A DNA stretch of 64,000 nt from Lophium mytilinum (lineage: Eukaryota). Positions 24,101 to 37,327 of the stretch are shown piece after piece. Both the position numbers and the translations under genes were made by a program. Numbering within the stretch: position 1 is the stretch's first letter; the number at the start of each line of letters is the position of its first letter. The DNA lies in assembly GCA_010093605.1 (NCBI GenBank), contig MU004188.1, positions 1,813,918-1,877,917 on the forward strand. The letters are read 5' to 3'. The notes beneath the pieces were generated by a model. That model did not search any database. It was not told the DNA's origin and worked only from the letters and a program-made list of their open reading frames with translations.

Positions 24101-25407
24101 GAAAGTAGCCGGGTGCATGTCTTTGCTCATCTCGCATTTCGATATTATGGGAGCACGATCCACAATTGCGGCACAGGCAGAGAAACAACGTATGGACGCG
24201 ATGATTGGGAAGCTCAGACTTGACGTTAGCCGCTTGAAGGACGACGAAGAGTCTGTTCGCTTGGTTCAAGAGCAGTGGCTTGAGCAACTCAACGAAATCG
24301 ATGAATTCAGAAAGCAAAAGGAGGCAGAGAGACAGGCACTCGGACGAGTTCTGGAAGACTCCAACGAGGCAGACCGAGCACTAACTTATCTGTCCTCCTC
24401 TGCTACCAACGTTACGCTGCGATGGCAGCAGGGTCAATTCGTTGGCGGAGGTACCTTCGGCTCCGTCTATGCTGCGATGAACCTGGACTCCGGCCATTTG
24501 ATGGCTGTCAAAGAAATCCGTCTACAAGACCCGCAACTCATCCCTACTATTGTAGCCCAAATCCGAGATGAGATGGGTGTACTACAAGTTCTGGACCACC
24601 CCAACATCGTATCGTACTACGGTATCGAGCCTCACAGAGACAAGGTTTACATATTCATGGAGTACTGCTCAGGTGGTTCTCTCGCCGGACTATTGGAACA
24701 TGGGAGAATTGAGGATGAAACTGTCATTATGGTCTACGCTCTGCAGATGTTGGAGGGTCTCGCGTATCTTCACGAGAGTGGTGTCGTCCATCGCGACATC
24801 AAACCTGAGAGTAAGTTTCATGACAATCGATACTCGTTGCTTTACTAACTTCAAGGCAGACATTCTCCTAGATCACAACGGAGTAATCAAATTCGTGGAT
24901 TTTGGAGCAGCTAAGGTGATTGCTAGACAAGGCAAGACCCTTGCAGCTGAGCACGCCAACACGCGCCAAGGGCGGCAGAAGTCCATGACCGGCACTCCAA
25001 TGTACATGTCCCCGGAGGTCATTCGCGGACAGAACCTCGGCCGTCATGGTGCAGTCGACATCTGGTCCCTAGGATGCGTCATCCTCGAAATGGCCACCGG
25101 TCGACGCCCCTGGGCCAGCCTAGACAACGAGTGGGCCATCATGTACAACATCGCCCAAGGAAATCCTCCACAGCTCCCAACCAAGGAGCAGTTGAGCGAG
25201 CAGGGTATCGATTTCTTGAACCGATCCTTCGAGCGCGATCCCTCGACCCGGGCATCGGCGGTCGAGTTGCTCCAACACGACTGGATCATGTCTCTGCGTG
25301 CGCAGCTCTCCCTAGAGCCTCAGACGCCGCAGACACCCAGCGACACGTCGAGCAACGCAGGTAGTTTCCATACCTCACGACAAAACTCGGAAATCTACAG
25401 CGCATAA
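21180..25407 (+). CDS. SSK2: HOG-pathway MAP kinase kinase kinase Ssk2/SskB, 3 exons
   Basis: RERLEWHSMLASVLTGDVV, FICDDCVASDRKTFRWAVVALEFAM, WQQGQFVGGGTFGSVY, HRDIKPE|NILL, DFG and GTPMYMSPE. Introns at ~23060-23110 and ~24811-24858. Confidence 0.95.
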
Positions 25408-26985
25408 TTTCCTTTTTTGTTTCCCTCCTAGCTGACCGCTTCTCTTGCCTTACAGCTTCTCCTTCGCTTTGTCGGCCTCGGCCTCAGAGCCCGCAGTTCT
25501 TGTAGGTTGCAAGGCGAGATGGAGTGGTTGGCTGTGTACATCCAAGCTGTATACTGCGTGGCATTAAAATTGGGTTCCGCATGATTGACTGAGCATGGTG
25601 TTGTGCTTGCATTAGCGATGGCGTTCGTTTGGGGTTCTCTGTCTTCCTGGGACTTTTGTCTAGGTAGCGGCCGTCGATGTTCGACGGTAGCATTCGTTAC
25701 AGCACACGTATCAAGTAGTCTATTTTTTGGTTCACGTACAAAGCAACGATTGTCCTTGGGTGACGTGGGCTTGTTCAGAGGGGAGGATACATCGAGTCAC
25801 ATAATCGACTACTTAATTCAATTGTAATTTACGAGAAGTGTGTGTGTATGAGTGACGATTAGGGCCGAATAGAGAATACGAGAAATAGCGAGGGTCTAAG
25901 TAGTTAGGTGATGACATCTGGATAGCGGATTCCTTAGGAGGTCGTCGTCCGTCATCGGATGAAATATGTTCCAGAAGGAACCGAACCGGACCACTACGCA
26001 CGTAAATTTGGAAACCTTAAAGACTCCACCACCGGGTCGGGATCTTGGTAGAAACACGAACCCCGTTTGTCACAAGGCACATCCCATGACGAAGATCTAC
26101 CCGACCGAGTCTACGGGTCGAAAGCCATAAACAAGGACTACCTCGAATCTACTCAAATCAATCTCCCTGCAAGCTTACAACACCACGCCTTCCACACTTG
26201 CCGGATCCTCGAGTGCGCCCTTTCGTGTCCGCGTGTGCAGGTCTCGGCAAGTGCTCCGGTCAGACAAACTCTCTCGGGGGGCCAGGTGATGAGCCCATCC
26301 CATCCCATCTCCACCAACAGCGGCACCACGGCAGTTCTCTGGGCGGACAGTCGGAGCAACACCGCTCAGCGTGCGAAGCTTGCTCGATGGCCCACCCAGC
26401 ACCCTCGCCTCAGACGTGGCCCTGGTAAATTGCATCCTGAGCCTCGGTCAAACGCCAGCGGAGCTTGCCCACACGCAGCCTAAACACTACCGCATCGGCC
26501 TGGCGCCGGCGACGGGTATCGGCTCTGCGTGTTGTGGCGGCAGGGAAGCCTGCGCCGGTACCGTTCAAGCGGGAGATCCATGCGGCCAACTGCCCAAAAC
26601 GATGATGTAAGTGGGTAGCAACCCTTGAGCAGGTGCGGCTTCGCCGGGCCGGGCCCAGTTATTGTCGCCCAATCGTCGCTGTTGCGCGTGCTGAGAGTGG
26701 GGCCTGGCATGATGCCTTTATCGCGGATTCGCGAAAACTGATGCTCGGCCGAGTCGAGAAGAGTGGGTTTGTTTTGGGCTGCAGCAGGGCTGGAAGTTGG
26801 AGGGGGGTGTGCCCTGATTGATCTTTTGCTAGTGAATTGTTTATTAATGGACTGAGAGCCTGCAACATTTATTCCCGGTCTTTCGCCCTCTATTCTGTTG
26901 CTTGCTCCTTGTGGGCTTCGCTTTCTTCTCCTCTCTCACACTTTTTTTTCGTTTCTTCTTCACTCGGTGAGGTTCTGCTAGTAGA

Positions 26986-29182
26986 ATGGAGAAATCAGGC
27001 GCCGATGTCGAGTCAGGCCAGCCTGGCCAGGGGCCTAATACCATCTCGCACTGGAAGATGTTGCTCGACCAGGGTGTTGTGACACCGCAGATGCTAAACT
27101 ACGACTGGGAGGGTAGTGGCACAGAAGAGGATCCATTTGTGGTTGTCTGGATGGAGGACGACCCAAGGAACCCCATGAGGTGGCAACCTATGAAGAAGTG
27201 GATAAGTTGTCTGGTTATGGCATTTGCGACACTTGCTGTATCTTTCTGTTCTTCTGCGTTTTCTGGAGGTACGCATGTTTCTACTGGTAAACCAGACAAG
27301 CACTTGAGACTGACTACTCTCCAGGTATCAGACAGCTCATAGTAGAATTCAACTCCAGCCAAGAAGTAATCACCCTCGGTCTCTCATTCTTCGTTCTCGG
27401 ATTCGCCCTCGGCCCCCTCCTCTGGGCTCCTCTCAGCGAGCTATACGGGCGCCAAACCACCTTCTTCGTCACTTTTATGGCCTTCGCTGCCTTCAACGCC
27501 GGATGTGCTGGAGCACAAAACACATGGACGATCCTGATTCTTAGGTTCTTCGGAGGCTCCTTCGGGAGCAGCCCCCTCACAAACGCGGGCGGAGTCGTGG
27601 CGGATTTGTTCAATGCAAAGGATCGGGGGCTCGCCATGAGCTTGTTCAGTCTTGCGCCATTCATGGGACCTGTATTAGGGCCACTTGTTGGTGGATTCTT
27701 GGGCATGACGGAGGGCTGGAGGTGGGTCGAAGGTCTCATGGCAATCTTCTCCGGAATCATCTGGATCGGAGGGATTATGCTTGTACCTGAGACTTACCCT
27801 CCGGTGTTGTTGAGAAAGCGGGCACAAAAGCTTTCGAAAATCACCGGCAAGGTGTACAGATCGAGGTATGTTTCCCCTTTTTCGTTTGCAGTATTAGGCA
27901 TTGAGCCTGCGTACTCGGTTACCACTGTTTGAGTGTCACTTTTGGGAGCCAGACATCACTGTAAATCCTATGGGGACACCTCTGGCAGTGACAAATCAGT
28001 GTGCATAGACTCATGGCCCGTCACTGTATATTACACAGCTCTAACTTCAATCAGGGGTGATATTGATCAAGGCACAATCACAGCCTCCGAGGCATTCTCC
28101 ACCGGTTTGAAACGACCTTGGATCCTTTTGTTCCGCGAGCCGATTGTCCTTCTCCTCTCCGTTTACATGGCTATCATTTACGGCACACTCTATATGCTCT
28201 TTGGCGCCTATCCAATCGTTTATCAGCAGGATCGAGGCTGGAGCGAAGGTATTGGCGGTCTGCCGTTCGTTGGCGTTGCAGTCGGTAAGTTACCCTTCTC
28301 AACTGCAGTCGCAAATACTCATCGCATATAGGCATGATCCTCGCACTAGTGTACTCGATCTTCTACGACGACCGCCGCTACCAAAAGGCCGTAGTCAAAG
28401 GCGGCGGCTTCGCAACCCCAGAGGACCGTCTACCACCCGTCATGGTAGCTGGGTGCGTCCTACCCATCGGGCTCTTCTGGTTCGCCTGGACGAACTACCC
28501 ATCTTTCCCCTGGGCCGCCAGCGTATGCGCAGGTATTCCCTTCGGATTCGGCATGGTCTTAGTTTTCCTCGGCGTCATGAACTATCTCATCGACGCTTAC
28601 ACGATCTTCGCAGCCTCCGTGCTAGCCGCAAACTCAGTCCTGCGGTCGCTTTTCGGTGCGGCCTTTCCGCTGTTTACTACCCAGATGTACCGCAACCTAG
28701 GCATCCACTGGGCCTCTTCCATCCCTGCGTTCTTGGCACTCATGTGCCTCCCCTTCCCCTTCCTGTTCTATAAATACGGCGGCCCCATCAGGTTACGCTG
28801 CAAGTATGCCGCGCAGGCCGACGCCTTCATGAAGAAGATGCGCGGCCAAGTCCCTGCTTCGAACGAGACCTCCGACCGCGAAGACGAAGAAGACCGCGAG
28901 AAAGACGCCGAGAAGGACATCGAGAAGGAGGAAGACGCCGAGCAGCAGGCGGTAGACTACTCGTGGGAAGAGGAGGCGGAGCCACACTTCGAGAGGATCA
29001 AGACGGCGCATTCCGCGCGGAGTCATAGACCGGAGGAGATCAATGATAATCCCTACGCGATCGATCGCGTGAATACGAGGGAGAGCTTCAGGAGTGGGCA
29101 CTCGAAGCCGGAAGGGTCGAGGGCGAGGTCGAGGTCGTTTACGAGGGTGCATAGTAAGACGAGGCCGGTGAGCAGGAAGTAG
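26986..29182 (+). CDS. MFS multidrug/polyamine:H+ antiporter (DHA1 family), 4 exons
   Basis: DDPRNPMRW, GPLLWAPLSELYGR, LRFFGGSFGSSPLTNAGGVVAD, PETYPPVLL, RPWILLFREPIV, PEDRL and NYLIDAY. Confidence 0.92.
27889..28026. mobile_element. Internally deleted MITE (138 bp) inside intron 2 of the MFS gene
   Basis: CAGTATTAGGCATTGAGCCTGCGTAC... / ...GTGTGCATAGACTCATGGCCCGTCACTG|TA. The right ~55 bp aligns with 59687-59743. Confidence 0.65.
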
Positions 29183-30553
29183 AGGTGTGGTAATTGGGGC
29201 TTCTGGGTGGGGAGGAGCGCTGGGATGGGTGGGCTCTTTCGATGTGCGTTCAAGCGTTTCATTTGGGTCTGGAATTGTGCGCGTGGGATTGGTATAGAAA
29301 GGTCGCAAGACTCGGCCCTGGGGTTTGACGTGGTGAGGAGGATATTATTACATCGACGATATACCCTTAGAGAGTCGTGGAAAATGGAAGAGATGATGGA
29401 AAAATGTGAATCTATAACGCCGCTTTTCCGGTTTCGTGAACCCTCATGATTACATTCGGAGGGATACTAGAGGAGTGACTGTTCTCTCTTTGGGATCGAC
29501 AGACTTACTTGCTGACCTTACAAAGGTAAAAGGTATGGTTTTCACCCCTCAGGCCACTCCAGCTCCATAACTCCCTCCCAGCCCTGCACATAAGTACAAC
29601 TTTCGGTCGACAGGCTAGCTCTGTTCGTCATTTCTTTGCTGTTTCGTCCCGCAGGCTGTTTACGGTCACCTCATGCGCCTTGACCGTAAGCGCAGCCACT
29701 GAGGCGCGGGCGCCGGTTAGAATAGCCATAGGCATAGACGGCTTTGACTCTAGATTCGGATTTGGTACGGGATCGACTGGGCGAACATTACATGCTCAAA
29801 GATGATTGGTTCGAACGTAGTCCGATCCATCAGCTGGTGCTGGAGAGGTTATGTAGCTACCGTTGGCGAAAGTAGGCTCGGTTCAAATCTCACGAGATGA
29901 AGGGTTTACTCACTAGCTCGATCACGTTTCTGAAAATATTTTCATTGAAGCACCCCCAGTAGTGACAAACACATGCACACGCATGGCAACTTCTTTTACA
30001 CATTTCCATGCCACTATGCATTTGCCCCTTGGGAAGACCTAACTCGAGGCTGGTCTCGAAACTCCGTTCGCCAGGCCGCGTATCCGGTTGCAGATTACAG
30101 TGATTTAACGCGGAAGGGTTGGGAAGTTCAAATTGAAAATAGTTAGTAAGAGGCTCTCTTGGAAGGAAATAAATTCCATTACTCTATAGCAAAGAAGTTC
30201 ACGACTAATATGGAAGGATGACTCTGGAACAACTTTCTGGACTAATGAACTGAGGGAACATGCTTTTAACAAGTCAAACAATATGTGAGATGGAAAGTTG
30301 AAGTTCCGGCTTGAGATGAAGTCAACTTAGGATGCCAAGGCTGACTAAATTGGACCCACTTCGAATTCCGTGATGGAGATCATCTTCAATCAACGACTCC
30401 TCAATCTGTCCGGTATCTACGGGGTAGACGTTTTCAAACTTCTCTCTACCGCCCTTCCATAGCGCAACAGTGGTCGCCTACCACAACCTACAAAATCTAC
30501 CACGCCGCGAAGCTCCGCTTAGCCACAGCGAACATCAACCATACCCACCGAAG

Positions 30554-31037
30554 ATGACGCTGATATCTACGTCTCTCAACGGCTTGGGCCTTGTGCTCCT
30601 GACTCACGCGTACGTCCTTCTCATACTTCTCCTGCAAACCCGCTAACAATGCCCAGCGTCTACTCTGCCCACGAGCACTCCCTCCTTCCCACGACCGCAG
30701 CCCTCCCTCTCGACATCACCATCGAGCTTCTAGCCGCGGTCCTACTTCTATGCATTGGAATCGTGCTCGCGTCGCCAGACCTCAAGCCGATAAAATGGAG
30801 CGTGTGGGGTGGGAAGCTGTCGCGAGAGGAGCACAAGGCCGCGGAGAAGGCGGGGGATGTCACTGAACGGGATCCGTATGAGCAGTTGGATGTTCGAAGG
30901 GGGTTTTTAGATATTAGGGTGAGTGCTTTCATTCAACAAGATTGAGGGGGGGTCACGGCACGAAAGCTAACATGTGTGGTGTACAGAGCAAGAGGCAGGA
31001 CTTCGCGGATTGGGTTCGTGAGGGAGCTACGAAGTGA
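30554..31037 (+). CDS. EMC5: ER membrane complex subunit 5 / MMgT family, 3 exons
   Basis: MTLISTSLNGLGLVLLTHA|VYSAHEH...LPLDITIE...RRGFLDIR|SKRQDFADW. Confidence 0.85.
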
Positions 31038-31380
31038 CCTGAGATGCACTGAACGGCTTGTAAGTTTCGTATCAATTGGCGCCTAGAATCATGGCTAATA
31101 GAATCACAAGATATCATAACCGCCGTTGTATAGAGCGGGTTATCAAAATATATATTTTCCTCATAAGTCTTGTTTGCTTCTTATATGATGGGTACTGTGC
31201 CTTTCCGCATGCCCGCTAAACACCAGAGAAACCCAAAATACTGCCTGTCTGGGACGGCGTGCTCCCCGGTTGTATCAATTTCCTTTCTCTCGTCTCCATT
31301 TCGCCTTTTCCCATGTTCCAGCTATCAGATTCAGCATTCCCATGCTGAGTGAGCAAACCCCAATCAAGACCCCCATCCCC

Positions 31381-32271
31381 TCAGGCACTCCCAACCATCT
31401 GATCCACCTCCGCCGTCTGACACAACCGCCTCCGGCACCCCCAACACGCCGCCTGCGCCTCCGCATCTACATCCACATCTCTTAATCTCTCCTCCTTCAA
31501 CCCCATCCCCGTCTCCTCTCCCACCACAACCCCACTCACCCACCACGCCGCCGCACACACAATCTCCATCACCAGCGCCACCTCCGCCTCCTCGCGCGGC
31601 GCATAGATCATGATAAACTCCTTCGGCACAAACCGCCGCATCCACCCCCCCTTCGCCAACGGGTGTCTCTCGCCCCACCCATTCTCGATCACCACTTTAG
31701 CGTCCGCGGGGTGCAGCGTCATATGCAAACTCCCATCGCTCGGGTGCGCGTGGCATACCTCGCCCCCGCATGTGCGCGTGATGGGGGTTACGGCGAAGAG
31801 GCCAGCGCTGTGCTTCTCGAAGCAACTTGTCTTCTCAACGAGGGCGTTCTTCGGGTGCGCGGTGAGCTCCCGCATGGCCGTGGACAGGCGCAGATAGATG
31901 GGGAGGCTGGATTTCTGGTCCATTTGCCGCTGGGGTGCGATGCCGCGGATCGTAGGACGGGTGCCGGTGCGGGGCGGCAGGTGTTTGAGGTAGCCGGTTT
32001 GCGGGCGGAAATGGGAGGGGATCGGGGCTGGGGCGTGGACGTTGCGGAGGGCGATGAGGGAGAGGAGTTTGATTTTGAGGTAGCCTAGGGGTGTGGAGGG
32101 GGTGCCGCCGGGACCGAGCGCTTTGAAGGCGCGGTAGTCGAGGGTTAGGAGGTAGAGGGCGTAGAAGGGGAGGGCGAGGAAGACGAGTCGTAGGGCGAGC
32201 TCTGTAGTGGGGTTGTGGAGGGAGGTTGTGAGACCCCATGTCGGAGCGAGAGATGAGATAGGCGCCTCCAT
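31381..32271 (-). CDS. Fungal luciferase (Luz)-like / DUF5519 domain protein with an N-terminal TM helix
   Basis: DYRAFKALGPGGTPST, RPTIRGIAPQRQ, EVCHAHPSDGSLHMTLHPADAKVVIENGWGERHPLA and IYAPR. Confidence 0.78.
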   Translation of the reverse strand: MEAPISSLAPTWGLTTSLHNPTTELALRLVFLALPFYALYLLTLDYRAFKALGPGGTPSTPLGYLKIKLLSLIALRNVHAPAPIPSHFRPQTGYLKHLPPRTGTRPTIRGIAPQRQMDQKSSLPIYLRLSTAMRELTAHPKNALVEKTSCFEKHSAGLFAVTPITRTCGGEVCHAHPSDGSLHMTLHPADAKVVIENGWGERHPLAKGGWMRRFVPKEFIMIYAPREEAEVALVMEIVCAAAWWVSGVVVGEETGMGLKEERLRDVDVDAEAQAACWGCRRRLCQTAEVDQMVGSA

Positions 32272-33859
32272 AGTGGGTGTTGGACCGCCAAATAGGTCTG
32301 GAGTTGCTGAGGTGAGGGTCAGATTGAGGATACCGCCGTGTGAAAGTGTGATTGAGGTATCTACGCACGAACTGAGGGAGGAGGAGAGGCGCTGGTGGGG
32401 ATGATTCAAAGCTTTCCGAACTATCAATTGGATGCCTGGTGTTCAAGCAGAGGCACTTCTTCTGTCCTAGCTCAATTGAGTGCCTGCCTAGCTTCCGAAA
32501 TCAATTGATCGCCTATTGACCTCACAGCTCACGAAGTTGAACAAAAGAAGAGGATCGTGAGAACCCCGAAACCCAAACAAATCCCCACCCACGCCTTTAA
32601 GGAAAATCAGGCGACCGATACCCGTACGCGCCTCACAGCCTCCCATTGGCCCCTCGCCCTCACCACAGCGTGCCAATCAATAACTTGTGAGACCTTGTGA
32701 CGTTCGCCCATCCAGCAGCCGTCCCGTGTCCCCTACGCTGCGGGCCAGCCTAACCCTCTTCAGCCGCCCTTCAACGTCCCCTCCCCGCCCCCAATCCACT
32801 TACAACGCCCCCTTGCCGCATCAAAACGGCCCTTCAAACCCTCTAGCTCCCGCAATGGCACTGTAACGCTATCCACCCAGCAGTTTTCAGCTCCCCGGAA
32901 GCAAAACCCGCTGTGACAACTTTCCACGTCGCGGGCTCCGCTGGCAGTGCTCGGATCACCTGCAGCATAGCCGACCCTTCCAGGGCAGCAGCGCGCGGGA
33001 AGGCTCTGCGGTCTGCGGTCTGCGCTTCTGGGCTGGTGACATGGTGACTTCGTCACGCTGCGTGCCCGCCTATGGGCGACGATCCCGATTGCCTTGATGG
33101 TCGCCCGCGTGCTGAGCTCAGCTGGGAATTGTGGAGCCCGCTGGGGATTCTTGCTGGTGTTTGTGCGGAGTTCATTGGCTGGAAGTGGTCAGGCCACGGC
33201 GTTGTTGGGTGTCAATTGCTCCAGCTACGATTGCGGTCTGGAGGCAATGCGAGGCGAGAGTCATGGGTTTGTTTGCCTGATTGAGGGGCGAGGGGAGGAG
33301 GGCATATGGATACAAGATTGTGGGGACGGAGTGGCTCCGGAAATCTTGGGAACAGAATCTCAATTCAATTGTCTAATGTTTTGTCTTTCCTGTGATTAGT
33401 TCTGTTCATGTTTGCATTTATAGAATAGGACGAGGTGATAAAGATTTAGCATGAGGGTTCAGTTGTCAGTAGGTCTCGCAAGATCAGTGAGTCCGTGAGC
33501 TTGACAACAGTCTCTAGTAGTATTCTCTTCAACCTATCAAGACAAACTCTTACGATATCTTCGTTCACCGGTCATTGTTTGGTCAAGTTCCTGCAACTCC
33601 ATCAGCTCTATCCACTTGGCTAGGTGTTCAAGCATGTGGACAGTCCTCATTGGAGGTTGTGCTCCAATCTGCTGCAGGGTTCCAATATCGACCCACGTGA
33701 GCTATTCCCTCATTTGACCGTGACATGCCCACTATGGACCATCCGAGAAGTGGGGGTAAACTCTGCAGAACCTCACTGCAGGTTCGATTATCGTGCATGG
33801 CATATAGATACACCGTCCTAATGCTTATTGGTTGACCTATCTGATCCGACCCAAACCCC

Positions 33860-35943
33860 CTAGAGTTTCACGCTCTTGACGAGCCCAGGCTTTATGCCCG
33901 TCAACTCGCCCTTGTACCCTCCTCTCCCCTCGCCTCCAGAGTAGACCGCCTTCTGGGACTTCAGCTTCTTCTTCTTCGCATCGTACGCCATTCGTTTCTT
34001 CACTCGGGGACTGTGACGTATTAGCTATGTGATGCGTAGGCTGAAACTTTGGAATGTGCAAACTTACTTTCTGACCTCCTTCTTGCGATGTGGCGTTAAA
34101 CCCTTGTTCTTCTGAATCTGGTAGGTGATCTTGCGTTTACCATCTGCACCGATCTGCTCCGTCTCGACCACCCGGCCACCTTCCCGAGCCGCGAGGGCGC
34201 GCGCTGCTGCAAGGTCGGTCTTCACAGACTTCTTCTCTTTGCTGCGTGCAGCGACCAGGTCATAGTACTCGTCGTCACTGCCTCCCTCCTTGCCACGTAT
34301 GTCCTGTACCTGTCGGCGGTCCTCGTCGTCGCTGTCGCCGCCAAGTTCAGCACCGGGTCCCTTTCTCATGTTGCCTCTCTTCTCAGCCTCCGCCTGAAGT
34401 CTGAGCTGCCGGTCCCGGAAACGCTCACGGTGAGGGATATCAGCATCACCGCCTTGATCCCGCCCAGCTGCGCCTCGTTTGATGGCCTTTTGGGCAATTT
34501 GGGAAGTGTAGAATCGAAGACTCTTCTTCTTCTTAGCCTTCTCAGCGAGTTCATGAGCAGTGAGCTCAGTCTCGTCGCCGAAGTCGGAGTCTTCTGCATT
34601 GCCTGTGGCAACATCTGATTTGCTCGATTTTGGCCTGCTAGTCTTTCGAAGGGCACTCTTATCGGTCAGGGACGCAAGAGCAGCAAGTTCCTCCTCTGTC
34701 TGGCGGATCTTTTCAGCACGACGTGCTTCCGCTTCGGCCTGGGCTACTTCAGCGGCTCGCTGTGCCTTGGTCTTCTTTACTTTCTGGGGCCTCTTCTCAG
34801 CAGTAAGGCCCTTGCTCGTTTTGCCATTCAGGGTAACATCAGGTGCCGAGTCATCTTCTTCCTCAATGGATGAAAGCTCCCCGCTGTGGGTAGCATCCAC
34901 CATAGGATCTGCCGTATTGATTCCCTTGACTTTTGACCATAGCTGTCGACACTGTACAAGGCTTTCCATTACTGGATGATCTCGCAACTCAGCAGGAGAC
35001 TTGGCTGTTTGTGCAGAACCATTCAGGTCTGACGTAGAGGTGAGAAGGGCGAAGTACATAGCAATAGCTGCTAGATATGCTGCGAGCGCCTGGTACTTGA
35101 ATACTGCCATCGGGGGTCGTTTGGATGGATAAGATTCTCTGGCGTGGCCATTATGTCCTTTACGGAGTCGTAGTAGGGTTTCTGAGGCATTTGCAGCCAG
35201 AGCCAACTCGTCGTGAAGTGGTTGAAGATCCAAGAACTCCTTTGCTAAATGATCGAACTCGGGGTACCGGGTTTTCAATACCCGTAGGCGTTCTTCGGCT
35301 CCCATATCGTCTGTGATTGTGAGTTGTGGCAATACCTCTGTCACCACATCGCCGTCTCCGTCCTCGGCGAGCTTGGCCTCTTCGGCATCTTGACCCAGCC
35401 ATTCGTCCGCATCGAATGCAAAGTCTGCTTCGCTCATGCTTTGCAGTTGCTTCTGTTGTATCCGACGGGCTTCGGCTTCTTCATCTAGTGCATCTTGCTC
35501 TGTTTCGATCGCGTCGGCATTGTAGTAATCCTTCTTTGATGGACCCCAGCCCTCTTCATCCTCCTCTTCCTGCTGCCTCTTGTCCATGTCTATGTCGTCT
35601 GACATGTCATCATCCTCATCTTCCTCTGGGTCTTCGTCCTCGTCCCCAGATATCGCTAAAACTTCTTCATCCGATGGCTGTAGGAACTCGTCTAGGGGTT
35701 CTAGTTAGTAGCTATTCTTGGGCAAGTCCACAGATTTATCATACCCTCTTCGTTCCACTTTCTCCTCCGCTTGGCATCGGGTGCCTCGTCCAGCAATACC
35801 TTGTCCTGGTTGATATGGAACTCATCCTCAGAGTCGGCGACGTCTTCGTAGGTGGTGATGTTGAGCTTCGAATTCTCTTTCTGTGCAGTCTTGCTACCAT
35901 TCTGCCCAAACGGCTGGCCGCCAGCTTTCCGCTTCTTCGCCAT
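33860..35943 (-). CDS. SAS10: SSU processome component Sas10/Utp3, 3 exons
   Basis: [68 protein letters not shown]...[18 protein letters not shown]. Confidence 0.92.
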
Positions 35944-36145
35944 TGTTACTGACGTTGGGTTCTGCTTCGAAGCTGGTAGGTTAAATTTTCCTAGAGCTTC
36001 GGCGAAATCGGACTCCGCTCCGGCGGTGACGTTAGCGCCAATCCCTTTTGCTGACGCGACAGGGATTCGCAACACGCTTCTTCATTTGTCCAGGTCTGGC
36101 TGGGGGCATATCAGCACCCAATTTCATTCACTCTCTCCTTTCTCA

Positions 36146-37327
36146 ATGGCTCTAGGTATTGTCGGGGCTTCTATTTGTCTACTTGTGTTTCTTGCAGTTC
36201 TATCACTAGACATCATGGGCTTTCTGTCGTGGAAAAACCAGTTCCCTGTGGATGGAAAGGTAAGTTTGTATGAAATGGTAGAATTGATTCTTATAACTAA
36301 TCCTACGATAGACCGTCCTCCTTACCGGCGGCTCCCAGGGAATGGGTAGAGGATTGGGCAAGCTACTCGCACATAAAGGCGCAAACGTAATCATCGTAGC
36401 GCGAGACATCAAGAAGCTACAAGCAGCAGTTGAATATATCTCTGTCCGAAGCCTCATCTCACCTCCCGATACAAGTCTTAACACTCCCAGGCCGCCGCCA
36501 AAAGCCAGACCCAGCGATTTCACTACATCGCTGCCGATGTCACCTCAGAGGCAGAGAACATCCGCATTCTCGAGGAAGCGACGGCGTGGAACAATGGCCA
36601 AACCCCCGAAATCGTGTGGGCGAATGCCGGCGCTGCAAAGCCTGGCCTATTCCTCGAAACACCCCTCGAGACAATGCGCAAGCAGATGGACATAAACTAC
36701 TGGGCGGCTGTCTACTTGGCGCACACGACTTTCAAGAGCTGGCTGTACCCCTCTGACGCTTCGGCTCATAGCGCGACGACCCAACCTCCGCGTCACTTCA
36801 TCATTACCTCATCCAGTGTCGCTTGGTGCAATATCGCTGGGTATGGCACGTATGGACCAGCCAAAGCTGCTCTACGCTCTATCTCGGACTCGCTGCGCTC
36901 GGAATTGAACCTTTATAACGGCGCTCGGCGCTCCACTGCTACAACCACTAAACCGGCTCCCTACGACGTCAAGATCCATACTGTATACCCGGGGTCCATT
37001 CTTTCTCCTGGCCTCGAGCTGGAGAACCAATCGAAACACCCGGTCACACATATACTAGAAGAGTCGGATCCACACCAGACAGAGGATCAAGTTGCAGCTG
37101 CGGCGATAAAAGGGCTAGAAAGAGGCGATTATATGATCGCGACGAATTGGTTAGGACAGCTCATGAGAGTGAGTGGGATGCAAGGGAGCCCTAGGGATAG
37201 CTTGCTTTGGGATACAGTTGGGCAATGCATTACGAGCATTGCGTGGTTGTTTATTGGACCCGACATGGAGGGCAAAGTGTGGAATTGGGGGAAGAAGAAC
37301 GGCATGCCTGCCGCGCCAAAATCTTGA
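36146..37327 (+). CDS. TSC10: 3-ketodihydrosphingosine reductase (SDR), 3 exons
   Basis: N-terminal TM segment, NQFPVDGK|TVLLTGGSQGMG, WANAG, INYW and YGPAK (YxxxK). Divergent from SAS10, about 200 bp apart. Confidence 0.85.
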
